A stretch of 64,000 nucleotides of DNA from positions 128,001-192,000 of the forward strand of contig JBGAON010000004.1 of assembly GCA_044221725.1 (NCBI GenBank), given 5' to 3'. The translations under genes were made by a program, and so were the position numbers. The notes below the pieces were generated by a model that was given only the letters and a program-made list of their open reading frames with translations, had not been told where the DNA came from and made no database searches. How positions within the stretch are numbered: the first letter of the stretch is position 1; each line of letters starts with the position of its first letter. The stretch comes from Elusimicrobiota bacterium. Lineage in GTDB: Bacteria > Elusimicrobiota > Elusimicrobia > F11. Below are positions 29,747-39,814 of this stretch, piece after piece.

Positions 29747-29840
29747 AAGGAGCGGATTCTAGCAAGGTGCCGGCGAGCATCGGCAAAATCGCCAAGCGGT
29801 TTTGAAAACGGCGTAACGCGGTCTTACCTCGAAACCCTAA

Positions 29841-30383
29841 CTAGCGAGGATTGCCGAAGTCCGCACGGATGTTTTCCATTTCTTGCGTTAATTCGGCAAT
29901 TTGGTTGGAGAGAACGTCGTTTTTCTTTCGCAGCGCCGCCACCGTTTTATCGGAGTCGGCGTCAATCATGTCGATGCGTTTCTGGTGACGTCCACCTTCG
30001 TACGCGGTGGTCATCCAGGTGTCAACAATGGTTAGCAGTTGATCTTCGGGAATCATCCGTTCGCCCAGCGATAGCACGTTCGCGTTGTTGTGCGCGCGTG
30101 CGTATTCGGCCGATTTCACGTTCCAGCAGAGAGTGCAGCGCACCCCGGGAACACGGTTGGCGACGATCGCTTCTCCGTTCCCCGATCCACCAAGAACAAT
30201 ACCGCGTTCAAACTCGCCGCGGCTCACGGCTTCGGCGACGGGACGGATGAACAAAGGATAATCGGTCGACTCGGTGGAATGCGTACCGTAATCTTTTACG
30301 TCGTGTCCCTGAGCGTCCAGATGTTTTTTAATGATTTCTTTGTAGCGATACCCGGCGTGATCCGAGCCAATAGCAATTTTCAT
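29841..30383 (-). CDS. rpiB: Ribose-5-phosphate isomerase B with C-terminal coiled-coil extension
   Basis: GSDHAG, DYP, GGSGNG, HNNANVL, GGRH..R. Confidence 0.92.
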   Translation of the reverse strand: MKIAIGSDHAGYRYKEIIKKHLDAQGHDVKDYGTHSTESTDYPLFIRPVAEAVSRGEFERGIVLGGSGNGEAIVANRVPGVRCTLCWNVKSAEYARAHNNANVLSLGERMIPEDQLLTIVDTWMTTAYEGGRHQKRIDMIDADSDKTVAALRKKNDVLSNQIAELTQEMENIRADFGNPR

Positions 30384-30420
30384 GGTTGGCATTGTATCGA
30401 ATTCGGCGGATTGGCAGAAA

Positions 30421-31662
30421 TTAGCGTTGGAATTCGGTATAGGAGCTGCCCATCGTCCAGGGGCCCGAACCGCAAGCGATGACGTTGTATTTTTCAATGC
30501 GGATTGTGGTCGATGTGGGCATTGTGATCAGCATCGAATATCCAACGAACGCCGGTTGTCCAACGGGATCATAGAAGGTGTCGTAACAATAGACCTGGCC
30601 ATCGGCCGACACTTGTCCGAAATCTCGGTTGTGCGTGCCGCTGGTAAGCGGATCGAACGGAAAAAATCGTGAGCTGGCTCCGGTCACGGACGTACCGATT
30701 GAGATAACTTGGCGCGGGTTATAAACATTGTCTTTGATAAGAGACAAGTGGGGATCTTCGGGGCTATCGGGTGCGCCGATCTTGTACCAATCTCCAAACG
30801 CCGTGCCGGTAACGTCGTAAAGAATTTCGCCGCAGAGCGGTATGGCGGTTCGTTGGTGGCCACCGTCAAACTGCCCCAGATGAGGTTCGAGCACGTTTTT
30901 TATCGTGGCTGCGAAGTAGTCGATTGGGCAAACGGTGAACGCTTGATTCGAGTAATGGCGCGACGGAGCCGAAAACGTGAGCGGCGTGCGCCGATAATCA
31001 TACGAACCGAAATCGAGCGCGGCCGCGGTTCCTCCGGCGGTTCCGATCACGTCGCCCGCGGACACGATGATATTCGTGGTGGCGTCGCACCGATGAAACA
31101 GATTTCCGCCCGTTGAATAATCCATGCAATGTTGATCGGACGAATTGAGCGCTGTCAGAATCGGCGCACTCAAAGACTTCACGTGTCCAAAATACGACTT
31201 CAATTCACGGCATGCGAAAAATTCCATTCCATAATCGATGGTCGCCGGATTGCCATTGACATAGGAAGAAGAGATGGCCGTGATGTGCATATCGCCGGGA
31301 GCGAGCAGGTTCGTGACCACGCGCGGACCCGTCGGCGCGGAGGAAACGATCGGTGCGATGTAGAAATAGATGTGATCCGATGGAAACGTGTGGCCCGGCG
31401 GGTTCACGTGCCCCAAAGGATCGATGGCTTGAATATCCGCGAGCGCGATTGGAGAAACGGAATACGGCGTGTCGGTGCAAGGCGGCAACAAATTCGCAAC
31501 GCTATCGCCGGTGCTGTTTAGACGATCGATCTCTGTTGCTTTCGCGATAACGGCGCTGCCCGTGTGCGCCGCCGCATTTCCGAGCCCCATTTTGAGACCG
31601 CCGGCGAAGCCGGACGGCCTCCAAACAAGCACCAGTAGTCCTGCGAAAATGATTTTTTTCAT
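30421..31662 (-). CDS. Secreted hypothetical protein, possible divergent M23-like fold
   Basis: Signal peptide; HTFPSDHIYF, APGD, YFGHV, VSAGDVIG. Confidence 0.6.
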   Translation of the reverse strand: MKKIIFAGLLVLVWRPSGFAGGLKMGLGNAAAHTGSAVIAKATEIDRLNSTGDSVANLLPPCTDTPYSVSPIALADIQAIDPLGHVNPPGHTFPSDHIYFYIAPIVSSAPTGPRVVTNLLAPGDMHITAISSSYVNGNPATIDYGMEFFACRELKSYFGHVKSLSAPILTALNSSDQHCMDYSTGGNLFHRCDATTNIIVSAGDVIGTAGGTAAALDFGSYDYRRTPLTFSAPSRHYSNQAFTVCPIDYFAATIKNVLEPHLGQFDGGHQRTAIPLCGEILYDVTGTAFGDWYKIGAPDSPEDPHLSLIKDNVYNPRQVISIGTSVTGASSRFFPFDPLTSGTHNRDFGQVSADGQVYCYDTFYDPVGQPAFVGYSMLITMPTSTTIRIEKYNVIACGSGPWTMGSSYTEFQR

Positions 31663-31663
31663 A

Positions 31664-32155
31664 TCAAAAGAAAAAGATAAGCGCCGCATCGCCAACAAGA
31701 TCCACTTCTGTTTTGTCGGCGTGGGTGCGTTTTTCCTTAAGCTGAATGAAATATGGCCCGGCATCGACGTTGAGAACAAAATGCGTTGATAGCTTCGTGC
31801 CAAGCCCAAAGAAAGCTCCAGCAGAAATTCCATCGGCCGAATAGTTGGTGTTTTTCTGTTTTGTGCCGATTGCCGCCGCCTCCAGTCCGCAAAACGGTAG
31901 GAACCGATTCGCTGTCGGAAAAAGCCGATAGGTACGCAATCCGACAATCGATGAGGTTGTTTCCACATTCTCATTGGAATGGTCGGACCCGAATTGGGCT
32001 CGCGTTTCGAACATCCATTTTGGAGTGACACGCCAGTCTATTTGGGCACCCCCATAATTAATGCCGATTCCAAAATGTCGAATATCTTGCGAATAAAGGG
32101 GGCACCCCCCTAAAAGAAGTGTGGCCAAAAAAAGCCGGCGGACGTGTGTGTTCAT
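31664..32155 (-). CDS. Small outer-membrane beta-barrel protein
   Basis: Signal peptide, amphipathic strands, terminal Phe. Confidence 0.65.
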   Translation of the reverse strand: MNTHVRRLFLATLLLGGCPLYSQDIRHFGIGINYGGAQIDWRVTPKWMFETRAQFGSDHSNENVETTSSIVGLRTYRLFPTANRFLPFCGLEAAAIGTKQKNTNYSADGISAGAFFGLGTKLSTHFVLNVDAGPYFIQLKEKRTHADKTEVDLVGDAALIFFF

Positions 32156-32276
32156 CGTAATCCTGCGAGAAGGATAACAGGAAACCGGTGCCGCCGCTGC
32201 GGCGAAATTCAACTAACGAGAGGTGGTGTGTTTACTTAAAGTATGGGCCGTGATGCCGAGAGGATGGGCGCGCGCC

Positions 32277-32732
32277 TCATTTTGCTGTCGCTGAGTTCGG
32301 AATGTACTGCGTGTCTTTAAGACGATACGCGTCGGACTCAATAAAGGGATACGTTATTTCCCGAGGGTCGTCGCCTTTGCCGGTGTTGTAATGAAGCGTA
32401 CCGACGAGCGGGTGTTTTGCGTCGGGGAACGGAAGATCTTCAAATTTCACAATGCCGTTCGCATCGGTGAGAAGGGTCTTGGGTTCGCTTTTCCCTTTGA
32501 CATAAGCGTCCACGCTGAAGCCTTCGGCCGGCGATTGGTTCGAGCGCAGCAATTTAAAGAAGAACTTGTAGTTGTTGCTATCGCGGGGTCCCGTGGTTGG
32601 TACGGCGGCGGCGAGAGCATTCAAATCGGTGACGGCGGTTGATTGCGCGGCGGGTGAGGAAGATTTCTTCTGGCAAGCGGAAAGCGGTAAAAGAAAAAAT
32701 CCAGCCAGGAGTGCCCAGTTTTTAAGTGTCAT
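32277..32732 (-). CDS. Lipoprotein
   Basis: AGGAG RBS; lipobox LSAC. Confidence 0.75.
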   Translation of the reverse strand: MTLKNWALLAGFFLLPLSACQKKSSSPAAQSTAVTDLNALAAAVPTTGPRDSNNYKFFFKLLRSNQSPAEGFSVDAYVKGKSEPKTLLTDANGIVKFEDLPFPDAKHPLVGTLHYNTGKGDDPREITYPFIESDAYRLKDTQYIPNSATAK

Positions 32733-32782
32733 GTGAATCTCCTTATGATGAAAGCAGTTCGCCCATTACAGCAAATAACGGA

Positions 32783-34768
32783 TTACTCGTTTACGGAGTA
32801 GAAGTCGATAAAGAGAGGCCGATCGTTGAGCTTCCAACGTTGCGGCAGGTTCGCAATTTTCTCGGCCAGTTCGTGCTCGTTGCCGTTCGCCAAATTCGTT
32901 TTTTGGGCCAACGCCAACCATCGTTGGGCTTCTTCGGGATTGTTTCGTGTCGAGTAAAGCGTGGCGAGATTAGCGGCGCCGTTCGGCGAATCGGGTTGCA
33001 GTTCGATTGTTTTCTTAAAAATATTTTCGGCCGCCTCCAACTTGTCGGCAATGAAATAAAGCGCGCCTAGCAAATTCATTGCGGAGGGCAACGTGGGATC
33101 TTTTTTTAACGCAAGCGATGTTTTTGAAAAAGCGGCCTCGTATTTGTTTTCTTTGGCCAGGCGTCCTGCCTCAATAAATAGTTCGTACGCTTCCAAAAAT
33201 CTGGGGTCGGGTGAAATAGCGTACACCCGCGCCGTGCCGGAAGGCCCGATGAAGACGGTCGGGAAGCGGTTCGGATAGTTTTCCGCCCACCGCCGGTACC
33301 GGTTCCACACAAGATTCAGATTTTCCGTTCCATCGATCGTGGAGGCGGTCGCCGTTCCCTTCCGCAACAAAATATAGTCGTAGCCTCGGCTCAGCAACAC
33401 GTATTTCATCATGTCGACGCTGGTGACGTTGAGAAGAGGTCCAGCGGCCCGATTCGAATAGAGATCGACGCTCGGAGCGACGTTGCTGACCACTCTTGCC
33501 TGCGGATCGGTGTTCTGCCGAACCCATTCAAGGGAAAACCACGGTGGGGCGTTTAGCGGGTTCGGAACATACAGTGCTTTGTAGACCACATGGGCGTTTT
33601 CGAAAAGGGATGCGACCAGCACAACACCAAGCAAGGCGCGTCCCCACGAAAATCGAAAGAACGCGCACACGGTGGCGATGCAGAGAAACGGTAAAATCGG
33701 AACCGCGTAACGCGCGTCTGGAATGTGCCAAAAAACATGGACCGCAAAAAACAAAAAAGTGAACGTCGCAAAATTACCGACGACGATGCGATGGGCTCGG
33801 TGGTGGTTCCACAGGCGATGGGTAGCCAAAACCATGGTGAACACAAACGCAAGCAATAGAATCGGCGCGAGAGCCTTTTGAGCAACAGGGCTCAAGTATT
33901 GAAGCGAACTCCACGACGTAAATACTGTCGCCTGGAACCACTGGTAGGTGAATGTGAAGGCCGGTGATATGTTGTGCGACCAAAAATGCAAGAGATTTAG
34001 GATGTCGCTCCCGTACTCCGTTCGCGAAATCGTGCGATGGTGAAACCAGAGATAGAGGAAAATGGCCCAACCCGCCATTGGCAGACAAAATGCACCAAGC
34101 AACCGGCGGTTCGTTTTCGATAATACGAGCACCGCGATGGTGCCGATAGCAATGAGTATGCCGTCAGGGTGAAGCGTGCCGGCCCATCCGACCACAAATC
34201 CCAGCAGCAGCGCCGTTTTGCGCGAAGGATTACGGATAAGTTCATGCAGAAGATGGGAACTGGTGATCGCCGCAAACGCAAAGTAAGTTGCCGGCATCAC
34301 AATGCCGGAAAATCGAACGACGAGAGGATTCAGCGCATAAAGTGCGGATATCAACAAGGCTTTCTCGCTGTTCAGCCACGCACGGAGCCATTTCGCGAGG
34401 AAAAAAACCGACAGAAGCGTTGCGGCCACGGAAACCCATTCCAAATAAAACCAGCGCGGCGCGATGATTTTTGTGAAGGGCGCGAGCAGCAGCGGTAATC
34501 CGGGCATCGGATAGTCCGGTTTGATTTCCAGTAACGGGTGCCGAACAATTGTGTTCCAAAAATCTTTGGATGTAAGAACGTACAACGCGTCGTCGTTATA
34601 GATGCCGGTACGAAATTCAGAGTTAAGAACCGCGTACAGCACCCCCGCAACAGAGAGAATGCTCATCAACAAAGATTGAAAGTGGCGATCAGCAAAAGAA
34701 TGTTTTGCGATCGGCTTGCTGACGCTGGTGCGGCCGCGCGCCACAGACTTGTTTGCCAGGTGTTTCAT
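32783..34768 (-). CDS. GT-C-like polytopic membrane protein with C-terminal TPR
   Basis: NDDALY loop, PG.P.LL, RYAVP, TPR tail. Confidence 0.7.
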   Translation of the reverse strand: MKHLANKSVARGRTSVSKPIAKHSFADRHFQSLLMSILSVAGVLYAVLNSEFRTGIYNDDALYVLTSKDFWNTIVRHPLLEIKPDYPMPGLPLLLAPFTKIIAPRWFYLEWVSVAATLLSVFFLAKWLRAWLNSEKALLISALYALNPLVVRFSGIVMPATYFAFAAITSSHLLHELIRNPSRKTALLLGFVVGWAGTLHPDGILIAIGTIAVLVLSKTNRRLLGAFCLPMAGWAIFLYLWFHHRTISRTEYGSDILNLLHFWSHNISPAFTFTYQWFQATVFTSWSSLQYLSPVAQKALAPILLLAFVFTMVLATHRLWNHHRAHRIVVGNFATFTFLFFAVHVFWHIPDARYAVPILPFLCIATVCAFFRFSWGRALLGVVLVASLFENAHVVYKALYVPNPLNAPPWFSLEWVRQNTDPQARVVSNVAPSVDLYSNRAAGPLLNVTSVDMMKYVLLSRGYDYILLRKGTATASTIDGTENLNLVWNRYRRWAENYPNRFPTVFIGPSGTARVYAISPDPRFLEAYELFIEAGRLAKENKYEAAFSKTSLALKKDPTLPSAMNLLGALYFIADKLEAAENIFKKTIELQPDSPNGAANLATLYSTRNNPEEAQRWLALAQKTNLANGNEHELAEKIANLPQRWKLNDRPLFIDFYSVNE

Positions 34769-34844
34769 GGATACCTCAAAAAAATTTGATGTGCCGTCCG
34801 CGAAGCGAACGGTCTTTGCGTAAAGGATGAAGGGAACGCTGAGG

Positions 34845-35222
34845 TTAGGCGAAGAAAGGCGGGGCGCGGTCGCCTATCGGGCGTGCGATCGCTTGTGGCG
34901 TGCGAACATGCTGGCGAAACAAAACGGTTCGAATGAAGCTTAATCGCGGTTTCAACAAAATATTATTGCCATTGCGGGGCAGCGCATGAGCGTAATCTTT
35001 TCTCGGTGCGCAGGCGTTGCAGCGATGGATTTTCGTTAGAGGACGGACGATGTGAGGGTGATGGGCGGCCGAGTGTTTCGCGAGGCGATGCAATTGCCGG
35101 CCGTATTCAATGTGCTGAAAGAAGAATCGCCGGCCGGGGACTTGGTGAACGGGCACACTGAGACAGAGGAGAACCGACACAACGAATTTTGCCAAGCTCG
35201 AGGAGTGCCGTGACATGCGCAA
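34845..35222 (-). CDS. Hypothetical His/Arg-rich protein
   Basis: N-terminal hydrophobic segment; ends RAPP; fills gap. Confidence 0.35.
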   Translation of the reverse strand: MRMSRHSSSLAKFVVSVLLCLSVPVHQVPGRRFFFQHIEYGRQLHRLAKHSAAHHPHIVRPLTKIHRCNACAPRKDYAHALPRNGNNILLKPRLSFIRTVLFRQHVRTPQAIARPIGDRAPPFFA

Positions 35223-35254
35223 AAAGTAGCAAATGCGCGCGCAAAAATCCGGCG

Positions 35255-35279
35255 GGAACTTTCAATAACCCAAAATGTA
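35255..35279 (+). promoter_or_regulatory. ECF-type promoter
   Basis: GGAAC-N16-TGTA. Confidence 0.5.
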
Positions 35280-35313
35280 ACATGAAAAACAAACCCATCA
35301 AAAAGGAGACGAT

Positions 35314-36414
35314 ATGTCCTCGAAAGATCTTTTCTCGCCAGTAAAAGTTGGCCCGTATGAATTAAGAAATCGCATTGTCATGGCGCCCATGACGCGCTGC
35401 CGCGCCATTGAAGGCAATGTCCCCAATCCGATCGCGGCCACCTATTATCAGCAGCGCGCCACGGCTGGGCTCATCATTACCGAAGCCACGCAAGTTGCTC
35501 CGGAAGGGCAAGGATACGTGAGCACGCCCGGGATCCATTCGGCCGCACAAACCGAGGGCTGGAAAAAGATCACAAAAGCCGTTCACGATGTTGGTGGCCG
35601 CATTTACTTGCAGTTGTGGCATGTGGGCCGCATTTCTCATTCTCTTTATCAGCCCGGCCATGCGTTACCTGTCGCGCCGTCGGCCATTCCCATGAGCGGA
35701 AATGTCTACACCCCCGAAGGGATGAGGCCGTACGAGACGCCGCGCGCCCTTGATATTGCGGAAATTCCCGGAATCGTTGAGAAATTCCGACTGGGCGCAA
35801 AAAATGCATTGGACGCCGGATTTGACGGTGTTGAGATTCACGGCGCGAACGGTTATTTGATCGATCAATTTTTGCAGGATGGCACCAACAAACGAACCGA
35901 TAGCTATGGCGGGCCCATTGAAAATCGAGCACGTTTTCTGCTCGACGTCACGAATGCGGTGTTAAGCGTTTGGGGCGCCGAACGCGTGGGAATTCGGTTG
36001 TCGCCGAACGGCACGTTCCACGACATGAAAGATTCCGATCCAGAAAAAACATTTTCCTATGTGATTCGGGAACTAAACAAATTGAAACTCGGCTATTTGC
36101 ATTTGCGCACCGGAACCGCTGTTGAAATTCGGCATGGTCGAGCCGCAGTTCCGATGCAAACGTTCCGTCCGCTTTTTTCGAACCCCATCATTTTGAACGA
36201 TCAATTCAATCGCGCAAAAGCCGATGCGGCGATCGCGAGCGGTTTGGCCGATCTTGTGGCATTTGGCGCCGTTTATATTTCCAATCCTGATCTGGTTGAA
36301 CGGTTTCGCATCGGGGCGCCAATCACGCCACCCGACTCATCCACCTTCTACACCGGGGGTGAGAAAGGGTACACGGATTATCCGACGCTGGCGGAGGCAG
36401 CGGCAAGAAAATAA
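35314..36414 (+). CDS. Old yellow enzyme family alkene reductase (NemA-like)
   Basis: NRIVMAPMTR, QLWHVGR, EIHGANGYLIDQF, GYTDYP. Confidence 0.95.
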   Translation: MSSKDLFSPVKVGPYELRNRIVMAPMTRCRAIEGNVPNPIAATYYQQRATAGLIITEATQVAPEGQGYVSTPGIHSAAQTEGWKKITKAVHDVGGRIYLQLWHVGRISHSLYQPGHALPVAPSAIPMSGNVYTPEGMRPYETPRALDIAEIPGIVEKFRLGAKNALDAGFDGVEIHGANGYLIDQFLQDGTNKRTDSYGGPIENRARFLLDVTNAVLSVWGAERVGIRLSPNGTFHDMKDSDPEKTFSYVIRELNKLKLGYLHLRTGTAVEIRHGRAAVPMQTFRPLFSNPIILNDQFNRAKADAAIASGLADLVAFGAVYISNPDLVERFRIGAPITPPDSSTFYTGGEKGYTDYPTLAEAAARK

Positions 36415-36482
36415 CCAGTTCTCCTATAGAACCAGAAGCCTCCTTCAGTCGTACTTTTTAACACAGACTCAAGGAGGTTTTT

Positions 36483-37490
36483 ATGAAACGTTCCCGCGTA
36501 CTAATGTTGGCTGGCTTGGCCGGACTTTATTTGGCTCTCAGAAACAAAAAGAAAAAGTGGGACAACTTTTTCCGCCGCGTGGTTCTTATTTTTGGTGGAT
36601 CGCGAGGCCTTGGACTTGAATTGGCTCGGCAGTTGCTGGACGATGGCGCGTTCGTGGCCATTTGCGCGCGGGACGCGCAGGAACTTGCGTACGCTCGCGA
36701 AGCCGCTGGTTTCTATAGTGGGAACCTCGCAACATTCCAGGGCGATGTTACCTCCGCGGCCGATATTCAGCGCGTGATCGATGCGGTCGTTGATCAATTC
36801 GGTCGCATTGACGTGTTGATCAACAACGCAGGCTTGATGCAAGTTGGTCCCCTGCAAACGATGAACATAGCGGAATTCGACCGCGCCATGAACACCAACT
36901 TTTGGGGCGCCGTGCACGCTTGCTTAAAGGCCTTGCCGATTTTGCAACGTCAGAACGAAGGGCGCATTGTGAACATTGCTTCTATCGGCGGCGTGGTCAA
37001 TCCTCCCCACCTGGTTCCTTATAACGCAAGCAAAGCGGCGCTGATCGGTTTTTCAGAAAGTTTGAGTGCGGAAGTTTCTGGCGATATTTGCGTGACCACC
37101 GTTTTCCCCGGTCTCATGCGAACCGGAAGTCCGCTGAACGCGGAATTCAAAGGCAATGCCGATGCGGAGTTCCTTTGGTTCGGAACAACCGACATGTTGC
37201 CGGGTTTCTCGATCCGTGTGCAAAGCGCCGCACGAAAGATTTTAAACGCGTGTCGGAGAGGTGATCGCGAGCTTACGTTCACGGTTCCTGCGAAGATCGG
37301 GGCGGTCATGCACGCACTTTTCCCAAACACCACCGTTAATTTGTTTGGAATTGTAAATCGGCTGTTGCCAAAATCAACGCGCCCGTGGTCCAAGCGCGGA
37401 AGCGAAACGCAGGGGATAGCCAACCAAGTGCTTAAGCGTCAACTCGAAGTGGTCGGCACGCAACAGAATCAATCGAGCGGCTTAGCCTAA
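36483..37490 (+). CDS. SDR family oxidoreductase
   Basis: GGSRGLG, NNAG, YNASK. Confidence 0.92.
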   Translation: MKRSRVLMLAGLAGLYLALRNKKKKWDNFFRRVVLIFGGSRGLGLELARQLLDDGAFVAICARDAQELAYAREAAGFYSGNLATFQGDVTSAADIQRVIDAVVDQFGRIDVLINNAGLMQVGPLQTMNIAEFDRAMNTNFWGAVHACLKALPILQRQNEGRIVNIASIGGVVNPPHLVPYNASKAALIGFSESLSAEVSGDICVTTVFPGLMRTGSPLNAEFKGNADAEFLWFGTTDMLPGFSIRVQSAARKILNACRRGDRELTFTVPAKIGAVMHALFPNTTVNLFGIVNRLLPKSTRPWSKRGSETQGIANQVLKRQLEVVGTQQNQSSGLA

Positions 37491-37568
37491 GGTAACACGC
37501 GGAAATCGCACCGCACTGTTTGTCCGCCCGTTCGTACTTAATGAGGAAAATCTAAGGAGGTACGAACG

Positions 37569-37949
37569 ATGATATGGAAAAGGAAGAAACTTAGAGAGCT
37601 TCTGGCAGTGATGACGGCCTCGCTGGTGTTTGCACTGGCCACGAATCGCGCGGAAGCGATGTTGGCTCCCGCACAACTGCCAACAACAACGGCGCGGCGA
37701 GCTGCTGACACGCAGACCATTCAGACATTCCTGGAACAGAAAGAAGTGGCTCAGCATCTCGCGGAAATGAAACTGAATTCGGCTGAAATTGAAGCGCGGC
37801 TCAGTAACTTGTCGGATCAAGAGCTTCACCAGGTGGTCACAAGGATTGATCGTGAGTATCCGGCCGGTGACGCGGGCAGTGTTGCGGTGACCGTTCTTGT
37901 CATCGGCATCCTGGCGCTGCTGTTCGTTTACCTTTTAAGACGCGTCTGA
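37569..37949 (+). CDS. PA2779-family protein
   Basis: Signal peptide, R...LSD.EL, PAG then C-terminal TM; paired with C39-like gene. Confidence 0.8.
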   Translation: MIWKRKKLRELLAVMTASLVFALATNRAEAMLAPAQLPTTTARRAADTQTIQTFLEQKEVAQHLAEMKLNSAEIEARLSNLSDQELHQVVTRIDREYPAGDAGSVAVTVLVIGILALLFVYLLRRV

Positions 37950-37966
37950 GTTCCGGGACCCCTGGC

Positions 37967-38935
37967 ATGACATTTCGCCGAATCCCGTTGCCGATCGCGA
38001 TCGGCCTGTGGCTTGTTGGTTGTGCGCCGTTTCGCAAGCGCGGACTGGTGCCCGGCGAACACACCGCGCAGCGCGTCCATTTATCGGCCGTTCCGTTTTA
38101 TCCAAACACCTCTAATCAGTGCGGTCCGGCCTCGTTAGCGACTCTGCTCGCGTATTGGAACAAGCCCGTGGTAATCGCCGACTTGAGGAACGAGGTGTTT
38201 ATAAAAAAATTGGGCGGAACCCTTCCGATGGACATGCGGCCGGCGCTCGCGCGGCGACAGCTTGAAGCGCGAGTTATTTCCGGCTCGTTTGATGCCGTTC
38301 GCGAGGAGCTCCGAAACGGACGGCCGGTGATCGCTTATCTGAATTTCGGAACAAAATCGCACCCGATTGGTCACTTTGTGGTGATCATTGGTTTCGACGA
38401 CGAACGGCGGGGTTTTTGGATCCATTCAGGTGGCGCCCAAAACAAATTCGCCTCGTATCGTCGTTTTAACCGTGGATGGAGTGACACGGACCATTGGATG
38501 CTCACGGCTCAACCGTCCGACAGTGTCGTTGAGGTTCGGCCTGCCGGTATAAAAGGCTTCCAGCTCCATCTCTTTTTGTCGGCGGACGAACATTTCCAAT
38601 TGGGAAACATTTACGAGAAAAAAGGACAATCTGACGCGGCACGTGATCAATACGACAGGGCGCTGCAACGGAACAAACATTTTGATGCGGCGCTCATGGC
38701 GCTCGGAAACCTCGCGTTTGAAAATCGAAATTACCATGCTGCCGAGAAATATTATCGCCGGGTTTTGCGACGGAACCCAAACCATGGCGGTGCCAACAAC
38801 AACCTCGCGATGGTCTATCTTGCTGAAAAAAGAAAATTGTGGGACGCCAAGCGCTTCGCGACGAAAGCACTGTCGACGGAATACAAGGCCTACGCTGAAA
38901 ATACGCTCGCGCAGCTAAGCACGCTCGAGCCCTAG
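37967..38935 (+). CDS. PA2778-family C39-like cysteine peptidase lipoprotein with TPR
   Basis: Lipobox LVGC; VPFYP, QCGPASLA, HFVVIIGFD; TPRs. Confidence 0.85.
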   Translation: MTFRRIPLPIAIGLWLVGCAPFRKRGLVPGEHTAQRVHLSAVPFYPNTSNQCGPASLATLLAYWNKPVVIADLRNEVFIKKLGGTLPMDMRPALARRQLEARVISGSFDAVREELRNGRPVIAYLNFGTKSHPIGHFVVIIGFDDERRGFWIHSGGAQNKFASYRRFNRGWSDTDHWMLTAQPSDSVVEVRPAGIKGFQLHLFLSADEHFQLGNIYEKKGQSDAARDQYDRALQRNKHFDAALMALGNLAFENRNYHAAEKYYRRVLRRNPNHGGANNNLAMVYLAEKRKLWDAKRFATKALSTEYKAYAENTLAQLSTLEP

Positions 38936-39007
38936 TCGCCGCGCGAGCGCGTTTTAGAAGGTTGCTCCCTTACGCGCGGCTTTATGCCGGAGACCACGTT
39001 GAAACAA

Positions 39008-39814
39008 TTACGCGACGGATTCGGCGCTATAGCGCGCGATAAGACCGGTTCGCACCGCGTATTTGTAGGTGCGCACAAACGTCGCATACGCGAGCAAAAG
39101 ATAAATCAGATCCAGTCCAACGGCCATCCACAGTTGGCTCGCGTGCGCGTGGTATCCTGCGATGATCGAGCGCATGCCCTGAAAAATATAAGAAGGCGGT
39201 AACAAACGCCCGATGATTTGCATCCATTCCGGTAAAACTGACAGTGGATAGAAGACGCCGACGAACGGCGACAGAGGCGCTGGAATTGGCCAAATAAACC
39301 ATTCGGATGCGGGCCCGAGTCGCAAAACGATGGCGGTGGCAAAAATGCCCAGCGCGATACCGAACACGAACAGGTTCAGCAGAAACGGAATCATCAGTAA
39401 TCCATACGGCAAAAACGACAACCCAAACGCAGCACTGGCGAGCGCGACCATCGCGACCAACCCGACCGCGCTCGAGACAACACTCGAACCGATGAGCCCG
39501 AGAATGTATTCGCTGATCGTAAGCGGCGTCGCGAAATAATTCAGGAAATTACGCGACCAAACGTCTTCAAAAAAAGTTGTGGTCACGCCCTGCATCACAC
39601 GAATAAAAAAATCCCACAACAAAACCGCACCCAGCAACGACGGAACGAAGTTGTGTTCGCCGAGCGTCAACGTGTTCATATACGTGGTCATAAAGCCCCA
39701 CAGAATAATATCGACGGCAACCCATGAGAACAGAGGCACCACCCGCGAAATACTGCCGCGCATTAAGTAGAACTGCCGCAACATCACCGCGCCAACCCGA
39801 TTTAACGAAATCAT
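39008..39814 (-). CDS. ABC-2 permease
   Basis: EDVWSRNFLN.FATPL, FYPLSVLP.W. Confidence 0.88.
   Translation of the reverse strand: MISLNRVGAVMLRQFYLMRGSISRVVPLFSWVAVDIILWGFMTTYMNTLTLGEHNFVPSLLGAVLLWDFFIRVMQGVTTTFFEDVWSRNFLNYFATPLTISEYILGLIGSSVVSSAVGLVAMVALASAAFGLSFLPYGLLMIPFLLNLFVFGIALGIFATAIVLRLGPASEWFIWPIPAPLSPFVGVFYPLSVLPEWMQIIGRLLPPSYIFQGMRSIIAGYHAHASQLWMAVGLDLIYLLLAYATFVRTYKYAVRTGLIARYSAESVA

Noticed and set aside
31663..32031. N-terminal extension of the 536-aa ORF
   Set aside because: Overlaps the beta-barrel gene; true start is likely MKKII at 31662.
32097..32110. gggggg-ca-cccccc palindrome in the barrel signal peptide as a third REP
   Set aside because: Too short and low-complexity, no paired arm.
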